A stretch of DNA of 50,303 nucleotides from a virus, in the IMG/VR virus record IMGVR_UViG_3300049182_000030, positions 1 to 50,303 of that record. One strand, written 5' to 3'. Shown piece after piece: positions 40,018-47,323 of the stretch. The stretch's first letter is position 1. Every line of letters starts with the position of its first letter. The translations under genes were made by a program, and so were the position numbers. The notes under the pieces were generated by a model. It was given only the letters and a program-made list of their open reading frames with translations. It was not told the origin of the DNA and ran no database searches.

Positions 40018-40226
40018 GGCGTATCCGTCTCTGAAATCGGTGATTCAGGGTCATACTCAGCATCCCGCACGGGATTGGGGTACCGCATCCGCTCCTCCGC
40101 CGTCAGAGGCGCAAACGCCGTACCGAACAACCAGTGAGAAGTGCCGTCGAAAGACTTGTGGACACCCTCATGCTCGTCATACTTGCACCGGAAACCCTCA
40201 AGGTCGTAAGCGTTGCAGCGGGTCAT
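40014..40226 (-). CDS. Hypothetical protein (70 aa)
   Basis: ORF track. Confidence 0.75.
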   Translation of the reverse strand: MTRCNAYDLEGFRCKYDEHEGVHKSFDGTSHWLFGTAFAPLTAEERMRYPNPVRDAEYDPESPISETDTP

Positions 40227-40420
40227 GATGGACCAACTATTTCATCCATTGCGGCGAGGCGAATCAGAACCTTACGAGCCCGCTCAATCTCATCTGGACC
40301 AGCGGAGCGAATCGACTCTACCCCCCAATTAGGGTCATCAAAACTCTGCAACCAGTTCCTCGCGCCGTAAATTGGGTCATGCGCCCACCCCATTCTGAAC
40401 TCTTCAAGTATCTTGCTCAT
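40223..40420 (-). CDS. Hypothetical protein (65 aa, MSKILEEF...)
   Basis: ORF track 40223..40429. ATGA overlap favours 40420. Confidence 0.7.
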   Translation of the reverse strand: MSKILEEFRMGWAHDPIYGARNWLQSFDDPNWGVESIRSAGPDEIERARKVLIRLAAMDEIVGPS

Positions 40421-40689
40421 GCTGTCCACCCCTCCAGCCAGTCCTCGGCATCCGACAGCGAATGGAAGTACGACACGAACCCGTTGAACATCACCGCAAC
40501 CTTAAAGTCCGTAGGCGACTCCCAATACACCTCCTCGACGGTGACGAGCTTCTGGGCGATCTCAGTCCAGTACGTGCCCATGTCCTGACATTCCAGCTCG
40601 AACGCCTGGCGCTCCTCAGCCAACTGCTGATACCACCACGCGGGCATGTCATTGCCATACGAGTCAGCCAGTGATGTTGCAGACCACAT
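40417..40689 (-). CDS. Hypothetical protein (90 aa)
   Basis: ORF track. GGAAGGGG Shine-Dalgarno. Confidence 0.8.
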   Translation of the reverse strand: MWSATSLADSYGNDMPAWWYQQLAEERQAFELECQDMGTYWTEIAQKLVTVEEVYWESPTDFKVAVMFNGFVSYFHSLSDAEDWLEGWTA

Positions 40690-40716
40690 AGTTACCCCTT
40701 CCTGTTCGGTATTGCA

Positions 40717-40746
40717 ATACTACGCCCCATGAGCGGGACACGTCAA
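40717..40746 (-). promoter_or_regulatory. Candidate promoter: TTGACG, 18-nt spacer, TAGTAT
   Basis: Minus strand reads TTGACG (40746..40741), 18-nt spacer, TAGTAT (40722..40717), followed by a TTGCAA box. Confidence 0.5.
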
Positions 40747-42149
40747 GCAGCTTTCTTCATGGATGCGTTGCGCTCCAACGCCTTCGCCAAGTCCTTCGAG
40801 AACACACCCTGATCGTGAGTGCCCTCCATCTGAATCTCAATGTTCGCCACCCGCCCAATCGAATCCAGCCGGTCAAGCCTGCCAAGCGCCTGCTCATTAT
40901 CAGTCGGATCATCCGAACGGCTCAGCCACACACACGTCGAACACACCCGCGCAAGGCTACTCACGCCCGTACCCATCGCAGCAATCACGCCGACAATGAC
41001 CCGCACTGTACCCGCCTCAAAATCACGCTCGATCTGCGCACGATCCTTCATGGACGTATCCCCGCTCCACTCCACCGCGTTGATACCCTTCGCCTGCAAG
41101 CGCCTAGCCGCAACCGAAGCGAACTTCTTGCTGTGGGTCAGAACCAGCACCGGCTCACCATCCAGCTCATCCAGCACGGTCAGCAGTTCATCGAACTTCG
41201 GAGACTCACAATCATCCGCATAGAACACTTCGCCGTCCTCGTCCAGTGAAACCATGCCCAACGCGAACTGACGCAGGCGCGCCCTCAGCACAATGGGCAG
41301 TTCCACGATGAGCGGGTTGTCCTCCAGGAAGGTCACATAGTCCCGTTCGAGCTGAGCGTAAGCCTTGCGCATTCCGGGCGTGAACTTCACCGTGCGAATC
41401 TCCAGCGTCGGCTCCTCCGTCTTGAGAAACCCCTCGGGGTGGAACTCGCAGCACGGCTGGCGCTTGGCGTGGTAAATGTAGCAATCCACCAGCGACACCA
41501 ACTTACCCGGCACCTTCTCGCCCACGACAACTTCGCCCGCAAAAAAGTCCGGCTTGGTCTGACAGTAGTAGCTGATCCAGCGGCGACGTGACTTGTCCGC
41601 AATGTCCCCCACGCCGTTGCGCTCCGGGTACAGCCACCGCATGAGATTCCACATATTCTCGAACTTGTTGCGATACGGGGTGGCGCTCATCGCAATGCGC
41701 CGCTTGGCGTGAAAGTTGCGGAGCTTCTTGCCACCCTTCGAGTCGTGGCTGCCGAGCTTGTGGGCCTCATCGAGGATGCACAGTTCCGGCTTCACGTTCT
41801 GCCACTCGCGGCGCGTGAACAGCTCATGGTTAATCAGGTACCAGCCAGGCTTGTTCGCCCGGAGGTCAGCATCCGCAAACACGCCCGCCTTGGTGGAGTC
41901 GATGATCCGCATGTCGGCACCCGTCTGGCGCTTCACCGTCCGCACCCACGCATCACTGAACGTACTCTTCGGCGCAATCACCATCACGGCACCCTGAGTT
42001 GCAATCCCAGCGCGGTGCGCAGCCTCCACCGCCAGCAGGCTTTTACCGCCACCCGTTTCGATAGCGACAAGTCCGGTCAAGTCCCAGAACAGCAGGTCTT
42101 GCAGGTCACTCTCCTGCCAGTCGTGGGGGGTGAGGGGCGCGTCAGGCAT
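40743..42149 (-). CDS. SNF2/DEAH-box superfamily-2 helicase (468 aa)
   Basis: Walker A (ETGGGKS), DEAH box (ILDEAHKLG) and a C-terminal helicase domain. Start set by the ATGCCTGA overlap. Confidence 0.85.
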   Translation of the reverse strand: MPDAPLTPHDWQESDLQDLLFWDLTGLVAIETGGGKSLLAVEAAHRAGIATQGAVMVIAPKSTFSDAWVRTVKRQTGADMRIIDSTKAGVFADADLRANKPGWYLINHELFTRREWQNVKPELCILDEAHKLGSHDSKGGKKLRNFHAKRRIAMSATPYRNKFENMWNLMRWLYPERNGVGDIADKSRRRWISYYCQTKPDFFAGEVVVGEKVPGKLVSLVDCYIYHAKRQPCCEFHPEGFLKTEEPTLEIRTVKFTPGMRKAYAQLERDYVTFLEDNPLIVELPIVLRARLRQFALGMVSLDEDGEVFYADDCESPKFDELLTVLDELDGEPVLVLTHSKKFASVAARRLQAKGINAVEWSGDTSMKDRAQIERDFEAGTVRVIVGVIAAMGTGVSSLARVCSTCVWLSRSDDPTDNEQALGRLDRLDSIGRVANIEIQMEGTHDQGVFSKDLAKALERNASMKKAA

Positions 42150-42384
42150 CGGCCTCGTAGGGGTTGCGCGCCATAAGCTTATCGCGCCTCTTGTGGCCGT
42201 AGAGTTCGGCCTCCCATCCCTCTTGTGCGCACTGCTCCCAAATCCGCGCACGCTCAGCATTCAGCCAACGGTCGAACAGCCTTGCACCAATATGAAAATT
42301 TTCGGCGGGCGACTTGCTTGCGAGTTTAATAGACCCGCAAAAGGCGTCCCTGATTTCTGCAATAGTCGGCGTGTACTCACCCAT
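42142..42384 (-). CDS. Hypothetical protein (80 aa)
   Basis: ORF track. Confidence 0.8.
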   Translation of the reverse strand: MGEYTPTIAEIRDAFCGSIKLASKSPAENFHIGARLFDRWLNAERARIWEQCAQEGWEAELYGHKRRDKLMARNPYEADA

Positions 42385-42545
42385 CAGCGCACCGCATCCA
42401 TGTCAGCCTCAATATAGCCCATTGCCAGAGAAATAACGTCATGCACCTCTGCGTACACCGCATAATCAATCTGGTTGTTCAGGTTGGCCGAATCCAGCAT
42501 CGACAACGCCAGCTCAAGATCGGCCAGGGCAAGGCGGTAACTCAT
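42384..42545 (-). CDS. Hypothetical protein (53 aa, MSYRLALADL...)
   Basis: Internal ATG of ORF track 42384..42578. TGATG overlap. Confidence 0.6.
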   Translation of the reverse strand: MSYRLALADLELALSMLDSANLNNQIDYAVYAEVHDVISLAMGYIEADMDAVR

Positions 42546-42808
42546 CAGCGCACCACCTCCAGCACGCGATCCAGCCATTCGGGACGCTTGTAATCATCCC
42601 TATCGTAAGCCAGGTCGCCGTCAACATCCACGTCGCGGGTAACCTGATTGCGCCGGTCAGCGAAGAACGCACCCCACCGTGCAGCATCAGCATCACGACG
42701 CTCAATGTCGCACTCCATGCACACACCCAGCAGGCCGGACTCATCGAAAGCTTCCTCGGTCGAGTCGAAGCGCTCACCGCAGTCAGCGCACTTGAAGTAG
42801 TCAGTCAT
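42545..42808 (-). CDS. Zinc-ribbon protein (87 aa, MTDYFKCADCGERF...CMEC)
   Basis: AAGGAGG Shine-Dalgarno before ATG 42808. Two CxxC pairs. Confidence 0.7.
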   Translation of the reverse strand: MTDYFKCADCGERFDSTEEAFDESGLLGVCMECDIERRDADAARWGAFFADRRNQVTRDVDVDGDLAYDRDDYKRPEWLDRVLEVVR

Positions 42809-42944
42809 GTGAAGCCTCCTTATCGTGTTCGATGCAGTACCAACGATCATCCTGGCCCATCCACGGACAACCAGGAGTACTCCAATACCGCTCCATATAG
42901 TGTGTCGTAAAGCGACCGCAAACGCAACACCGGGGCACATGCAT
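42801..42944 (-). CDS. Cys-rich miniprotein (47 aa, MHVPRCCVCGRFTTHYMERYWSTPGCPWMGQDDRWYCIEH...)
   Basis: AAGGAGGGG Shine-Dalgarno. ATGACTGA overlap with the next start. Confidence 0.5.
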   Translation of the reverse strand: MHVPRCCVCGRFTTHYMERYWSTPGCPWMGQDDRWYCIEHDKEASHD

Positions 42945-42953
42945 GGCCCCTCC

Positions 42954-43361
42954 TTAATCCTTGTACTTGTCACGAGCGTTGCTCGCCCACGTCAACCATC
43001 CCACACCCAGGCAGGCGATTGCAATAGCCACCAGCACGAAAATGTCCTGAGTCGGGCCAGTCTCAGCTAGCATCGGAGCCTCAACCGTCACGGCAGGGTG
43101 AAGCACTTGGCCCTCGGTGGGCAGTGGGTCCAGTGGCAGCGGCTCGGGCAACGGCTCAGGGTTGACCACCGGCTCATCAACCACGGGGGGTTGCGGCTCA
43201 ACGGGAGCGGGACCAGGGGTGAACGTTGGCAGCGGGCTCGGCTCCACCATCGGAAGATCACCCACGCATGAAGTCGGCAGGCCATCCTCATTCAGCCAGC
43301 CAGGGACGGTGCCAGGGCCGCAAGTGGTCGGGTCAATGGGCGGGGGCATGGTGTCAGTCAT
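42954..43361 (-). CDS. Proline-rich protein with C-terminal LAETG motif, TM helix and basic tail (135 aa)
   Basis: ORF track. LAETG is encoded at 43056..43070 and is followed by IFVLVAIAIACLGVGWLTWA and then SNARDKYKD. Confidence 0.8.
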   Translation of the reverse strand: MTDTMPPPIDPTTCGPGTVPGWLNEDGLPTSCVGDLPMVEPSPLPTFTPGPAPVEPQPPVVDEPVVNPEPLPEPLPLDPLPTEGQVLHPAVTVEAPMLAETGPTQDIFVLVAIAIACLGVGWLTWASNARDKYKD

Positions 43362-43510
43362 CGGTGGCCTCCGGCTTGCGCCAACGCCATCCCATAGCGA
43401 ACGAGCAGGTTGTAGACAGAGGTCGGAACAAAAACCTCGTCGCCGCGATGATCGAAAACTCGGCCTTCCCGAACTGAATAGCCGCTCATCAGATCAGTGA
43501 AGTCACTCAT
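43358..43510 (-). CDS. Hypothetical protein (50 aa, MSDFTDLMSG...)
   Basis: Internal ATG of ORF track 43358..43558. ATGAGTGA overlap. Confidence 0.6.
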   Translation of the reverse strand: MSDFTDLMSGYSVREGRVFDHRGDEVFVPTSVYNLLVRYGMALAQAGGHR

Positions 43511-43613
43511 TGTCGTCACCCGCCTCCGGCTTGCCGTACTTAGCCTCCATGTACTCACGCAGCGCGGCGAACTCAGGCCGGTTCGCGATACTGCCGAATG
43601 TTACGTCGATCAT
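43503..43613 (-). CDS. Hypothetical miniprotein (36 aa, MIDVTFGSIANRPEFAALREYMEAKYGKPEAGDDNE)
   Basis: Hand-translated. GGGATAGGAGCC Shine-Dalgarno context. Confidence 0.45.
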   Translation of the reverse strand: MIDVTFGSIANRPEFAALREYMEAKYGKPEAGDDNE

Positions 43614-43622
43614 GTGCGGCTC

Positions 43623-43790
43623 CTATCCCAGCTCGCAAATCGGGCAACCCGTGGCGGGGACAGTGCCGTGGTAGCCCCAACGGTGAAGTTCCACGATGCG
43701 CCGCCAGCGGTTTCCGTCCGGCAGGAGGCTCGGAAGTCCCTCCCTGTACGCCCTGACCGCCTCGCTTTTGGTCTTTCCGTAGCTGATCAT
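43623..43790 (-). CDS. Hypothetical miniprotein (55 aa, MISYGKTKSEAVRAYREGLPSLLPDGNRWRRIVELHRWGYHG...CPICELG)
   Basis: Hand-translated. GGAAGGGAGCC Shine-Dalgarno. First gene after promoter 43823..43851. Confidence 0.55.
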   Translation of the reverse strand: MISYGKTKSEAVRAYREGLPSLLPDGNRWRRIVELHRWGYHGTVPATGCPICELG

Positions 43791-43822
43791 GTGTGGCTCC
43801 CTTCCACTCGGTTTGTAATACC

Positions 43823-43851
43823 AGCCTAGCGATAGCCGGTCAGCATGTCAA
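43823..43851 (-). promoter_or_regulatory. Candidate promoter: TTGACA, 17-nt spacer, TAGGCT
   Basis: Minus strand reads TTGACA (43851..43846), 17-nt spacer, TAGGCT (43828..43823). Confidence 0.55.
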
Positions 43852-44138
43852 GCCTTGATTTCGCCCAACTCGTCCTGAATCTTCCTCAGTACCTCGACGG
43901 CACTCAGGTCCGTTTCCAGGTGCAGCAGGTCGATGCGGTAAATCCAGTCGGCAATGATGTTCTCAGCCGCAAGGTAGGCTTCCTCGCGGTCGTCGTCGGG
44001 GTGATCGGTCGCCACCGAGCCGGACAGGAACCAGTTGTCGAGCTCCTGGCGATCTTCCGCCTTGATGTAGCCCTGGGTGGCGCACCAGAGCAGCCACGCG
44101 ATTTCTGCCCGCAGGCGCTCGTTATCCATGCCCTGCAT
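43848..44138 (-). CDS. Hypothetical protein (96 aa)
   Basis: ORF track. Confidence 0.8.
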   Translation of the reverse strand: MQGMDNERLRAEIAWLLWCATQGYIKAEDRQELDNWFLSGSVATDHPDDDREEAYLAAENIIADWIYRIDLLHLETDLSAVEVLRKIQDELGEIKA

Positions 44139-44171
44139 CCTTCCCGGAAATCGGTGAACTTGGGTTGCCCA

Positions 44172-44528
44172 TCAGAACGGAACGTCTGCGTCGAAGTTGC
44201 CGGGCGTGTTCCATGTGTCGGCCCGTACCGGCTGCGGCTGGCCCTGTGCGGCCCCCTGAGCGCCGATACGCGGGCTGTTCACACTCAGTTCCACGGACGT
44301 GCGCTGCTGGCCTTCACGGTCAGTCCACGGCTCCCCAACCTTCGCGCTAAGGAACCCGGACACGTCGATCTTGTCGCCCACGCTAAGCCCGTGCTCGGAG
44401 TCGAACCAGACCGTGAACCGTGTCTGACCCGTCTTCCCCTTCGACTCCCACTTCTCCACGACCTGCACACCATGACCGCGCGAGTTCACGCGAGCCACCT
44501 CAACCTGCTTCAGCGATACCAAGGCCAT
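44172..44528 (-). CDS. ssb: Single-stranded DNA-binding protein (118 aa) with canonical acidic tip ...FDADVPF
   Basis: OB-fold-like N-terminus, Gly/Gln/Pro-rich linker, and a C-terminal D-x-D-V-P-F motif. Confidence 0.75.
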   Translation of the reverse strand: MALVSLKQVEVARVNSRGHGVQVVEKWESKGKTGQTRFTVWFDSEHGLSVGDKIDVSGFLSAKVGEPWTDREGQQRTSVELSVNSPRIGAQGAAQGQPQPVRADTWNTPGNFDADVPF

Positions 44529-44737
44529 TAGTTGATCTCCTCAAAAGTGATGGTTGCCGCGAAGGTCTTGATGATCTGGCCGTTCTCGCTGTAGAGCTCG
44601 CAGAGGAGCACTCCGGCCTCCTCGTCGTAGCCGTAACCAAACCAACTACTGCCTTCCTCATTCGAAAGGGTCAGGTCGGTTGCGATCTGCTCGACGGTGA
44701 TCGTCTCGGGGCGCGGGTCGTCGGTTGTCGTTGCCAT
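44528..44737 (-). CDS. Hypothetical protein (69 aa, MATTTDDPRPE...)
   Basis: Internal ATG of ORF track 44528..44839. TAATG overlap. Confidence 0.7.
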   Translation of the reverse strand: MATTTDDPRPETITVEQIATDLTLSNEEGSSWFGYGYDEEAGVLLCELYSENGQIIKTFAATITFEEIN

Positions 44738-44958
44738 TAGTTGTTGTCTCCATTCAGGTAGGGGTTCTTCTCGTCTACTACGTGGTTCGCGTGATGGATT
44801 TCCCACCAGTTCGCGCAGTCCATGAAGCCTTCCGCCCATGCTTCGGCTTTCACCTGCCGGTCATGCTCAGCAAGCCATGCCATGAAGTCGGCCTGCTGGT
44901 CGTCTCGTAGCCAAAGACGAATCTGGTACGTCGTGTGCGCCTTGTCGCTGTCGTTCAT
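44737..44958 (-). CDS. Hypothetical protein (73 aa)
   Basis: ORF track. Confidence 0.8.
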   Translation of the reverse strand: MNDSDKAHTTYQIRLWLRDDQQADFMAWLAEHDRQVKAEAWAEGFMDCANWWEIHHANHVVDEKNPYLNGDNN

Positions 44959-45338
44959 GCTCGTCCCTCCCGAATCTCAGCGGCACGAGCGCGGAGCCAA
45001 TCGGCGCGGATGCGTGCTTCACCGATCCCGCCCTGTTCGGCGTGCATCTGGTTCCCATGCGCCGCCGCCGCTTCCAGCGCTTCCGCCTGCACTGCACGCT
45101 TGTCCTCGATGCCCAACACCTGCATGAGATGGTCGGCCTCGCGGAATGCGTTGGGAGACGTTCCGTGGTCGTAAGTCTCGAACAGTGCCTTCGCCAGCGC
45201 TTCGCGGTCGATGACGGGCTTCCGCTCAGTCGCCTCAAGAGCATCCGCCAGACGGTCGAACATCTCAGCAACTTCCTCCTCATCCGGCGAGAGGTATGCG
45301 ATTGCGCGCGCTTCTGCGATCAGTTCTTCGTTGCTCAT
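44955..45338 (-). CDS. Hypothetical protein (127 aa, MSNEELIAEARAIAYL...)
   Basis: Internal ATG of ORF track 44955..45515. ATGA overlap. Confidence 0.75.
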   Translation of the reverse strand: MSNEELIAEARAIAYLSPDEEEVAEMFDRLADALEATERKPVIDREALAKALFETYDHGTSPNAFREADHLMQVLGIEDKRAVQAEALEAAAAHGNQMHAEQGGIGEARIRADWLRARAAEIREGRA

Positions 45339-45622
45339 GCCGAACCCCCATCCATCAACGCCAGAATTGCGTTTGCGATCTCGCGTGAAGTCATTGGAGA
45401 CGGGCCGTAGCAGTGGGAGCAGGCTGTCACCCCATTCGTGCCGCACTCCTGCCCGCTGAAATGCTGAACCGAAAGCTCCTTCACGATTGCCTCGGCGCTC
45501 GGCATCTTCCGCCAACCCTCAGCGATAAGCGCATCCGCAAACTCTGCGTAGTCCTCCGCCTTTTCATCCGGGTCACCGAAGTAACCCACGGCCCAGTTCA
45601 TTGCTTCGTCTCGTGTACTCAT
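45335..45622 (-). CDS. Hypothetical protein (95 aa, MSTRDEAMNW...)
   Basis: Internal ATG of ORF track 45335..45637. ATGA overlap. Confidence 0.75.
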   Translation of the reverse strand: MSTRDEAMNWAVGYFGDPDEKAEDYAEFADALIAEGWRKMPSAEAIVKELSVQHFSGQECGTNGVTACSHCYGPSPMTSREIANAILALMDGGSA

Positions 45623-45822
45623 TGCCCCACCACCCACTTCTGCTCCATGCGGAGAACCACATTGGCGGCTTCGTAAAGGCCCAAAGCGTCGAGGTCGTCC
45701 CCCACCTGCCTGAGCGCTTCCACCGCACCACGATCAAACGCCTGACGCGCAACCATTGACAAGGTCTGCGTGGTCCGGTCGTGCGAATCTGGGTATGCCT
45801 TCTTTGCTGCTTCGCTACTCAC
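45619..45822 (-). CDS. Hypothetical protein (67 aa, GTG start VSSEAAKKAYPD...)
   Basis: Tail of ORF track 45619..45867. GTGA overlap. Confidence 0.6.
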   Translation of the reverse strand: MSSEAAKKAYPDSHDRTTQTLSMVARQAFDRGAVEALRQVGDDLDALGLYEAANVVLRMEQKWVVGQ

Positions 45823-46100
45823 GCCAAACCCTTCGTTTGAATCTCGACAAGCTTCTCGACCGCCCACTGCCGCTGATAGTCGCGGTCAAGGTAGGTGCCG
45901 TCTTCGGCGTAAACGCCCCAGAACGTGTGATGGCTCGGCCCGGTAGAGGGGCCTCTTTTTCGGCCAGTCGGGTCGTTCCGCGCCATGTCCGACTGCACAT
46001 AGCCGATTCGCCAGTCGTCAACGAACACGTCGTATCGATTGCCCTCGAACCAGTCGGTCGGAACCTTCTTGAGTGTCACCTTCTTATCTTCGCTACTCAC
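45819..46100 (-). CDS. Hypothetical protein (93 aa)
   Basis: ORF track. GTGA overlap. Confidence 0.8.
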   Translation of the reverse strand: MSSEDKKVTLKKVPTDWFEGNRYDVFVDDWRIGYVQSDMARNDPTGRKRGPSTGPSHHTFWGVYAEDGTYLDRDYQRQWAVEKLVEIQTKGLA

Positions 46101-46369
46101 GCCGCAACCTCCTCACTGTTAAGCGCCTCATCCACCAGCGCCGTAATGAAATGCCAATTCGTGTTACCAACCGCCTTCGACACCATGTACCGGGTGCCAC
46201 CAGCATCCAGCAGGTCACGGATCGCACCATTCAGCGGGGCGCGCTCCGCCTTAATCCGCTGCATCAGCTCACGCTCCATGTCGGCCTTGATCTGCTCACG
46301 CCGCACCACGAAATCCTTATACTCATCCGCAACCCGAGCGGCAAGTACCTGCTTCTCAACCTTCGTCAT
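46097..46369 (-). CDS. Hypothetical protein (90 aa)
   Basis: ORF track. GGATAGGAGC Shine-Dalgarno context. Confidence 0.8.
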   Translation of the reverse strand: MTKVEKQVLAARVADEYKDFVVRREQIKADMERELMQRIKAERAPLNGAIRDLLDAGGTRYMVSKAVGNTNWHFITALVDEALNSEEVAA

Positions 46370-46377
46370 GTACGCTC

Positions 46378-46494
46378 CTATCCGTTCGCAACGTCAACAA
46401 TCAGGGCAATCATCAGCCCCAGAAAAACAATCGGGAAAACGCTCCCCAGCATCACGTCCGTCCAATCTTGCGCATCCCACTTCTTCTCTCGCAT
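46378..46494 (-). CDS. Small single-TM protein (38 aa, MREKKWDAQDWTDVMLGSVFPIVFLGLMIALIVDVANG)
   Basis: Hand-translated. GGGAG Shine-Dalgarno. First gene after promoter 46521..46550. Confidence 0.45.
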   Translation of the reverse strand: MREKKWDAQDWTDVMLGSVFPIVFLGLMIALIVDVANG

Positions 46495-46520
46495 AGCAAT
46501 CTCCCTTCGTTTGCAATCCA

Positions 46521-46550
46521 ACCCTACATCACAAGGGCCGGATATGCCAA
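46521..46550 (-). promoter_or_regulatory. Candidate promoter: TTGGCA, 18-nt spacer, TAGGGT
   Basis: Minus strand reads TTGGCA (46550..46545), 18-nt spacer, TAGGGT (46526..46521), then a TTGCAA box (46516..46511). Confidence 0.45.
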
Positions 46551-46747
46551 TGCTTGTAACTCAAAATCACGCCGCAGTACGCGCACTCATGGTCGTACAA
46601 GTCCTCCATGTGGACGCTAAGCCGGTTCTCACACCACAGAACACTCAGCCCCGCGCACGGCAGGTCAACCGCATACTCCGCCTTCACGCTGCACCCGTAA
46701 GGATTGTCACCGTCCGCGCACGTTCGGGACTGGCATTGTGCGTCCAT
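46529..46747 (-). CDS. Cys-rich protein (about 72 aa; start uncertain among 46747, 46759 and 46846)
   Basis: ORF track 46529..46846. The upstream gene ends at 46779, so a downstream start is likelier. Confidence 0.55.
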   Translation of the reverse strand: MDAQCQSRTCADGDNPYGCSVKAEYAVDLPCAGLSVLWCENRLSVHMEDLYDHECAYCGVILSYKHWHIRPL

Positions 46748-46778
46748 CTCGAACCACACCCGCAGGTCGGTTGAGAAA

Positions 46779-46967
46779 TCAGTCTCGGTCGAAGCGCCCA
46801 CCCGCAGCCCCAATGTGAACGCCAACCGCAAGCGCAACCCAAACAACGCCAGAAGTAATCACATTCCGCCCCGAATCACTATCCCCGCCGATCCACAGCC
46901 CCGCACCAAGCAGGATCAGGCCGCCGCCAACGATCCAGAAGAACGTGGACCTCTCGTACCCGCTCAC
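46779..46967 (-). CDS. Small 2-TM membrane protein (62 aa)
   Basis: ORF track. GTGA overlap. Gly/Leu/Ile-rich helices. Confidence 0.7.
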   Translation of the reverse strand: MSGYERSTFFWIVGGGLILLGAGLWIGGDSDSGRNVITSGVVWVALAVGVHIGAAGGRFDRD

Positions 46968-47323
46968 AGCTCGACACCCTCGAACACAACCCGGTAACCC
47001 TCGTCGCGGATCAAACCCCTAATGGTCGAATCTGAAGCGGACGAGCCGTTATATGTGTTCATCCAGTCGTCAGTGCCCGTTCGCACAAAGAAAGCACGGT
47101 TCGTGTCAATAGCCACCACCGCAAACGGCTTAGTCGGCACGTCCACCACCTGCTCGAAGTGCCAGGATCGGTTGAACCATACAGTCGCCCACCCATTAAC
47201 GACGATACGAAACTCCCCGCCGTGGTTGGTGTGGTTGGTGTGGTCGACCTCACCCACCAGCACATTCTCGCCCAGCGTTGCGCGCACCTTATCCCCCACC
47301 TTCGGGGTGTAGTTGTCAGTCAT
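46964..47323 (-). CDS. Hypothetical protein (119 aa)
   Basis: ORF track. Confidence 0.8.
   Translation of the reverse strand: MTDNYTPKVGDKVRATLGENVLVGEVDHTNHTNHGGEFRIVVNGWATVWFNRSWHFEQVVDVPTKPFAVVAIDTNRAFFVRTGTDDWMNTYNGSSASDSTIRGLIRDEGYRVVFEGVEL

Noticed and set aside
47221-47245. Short tandem repeat GGTGTGGTT x about 2.7, encoding HTNHTNH in gene 46964..47323
   Set aside because: Only about 25 bp and in frame within a normal gene. It could be a slippage-prone site, but there is no evidence of phase variation from a single sequence.
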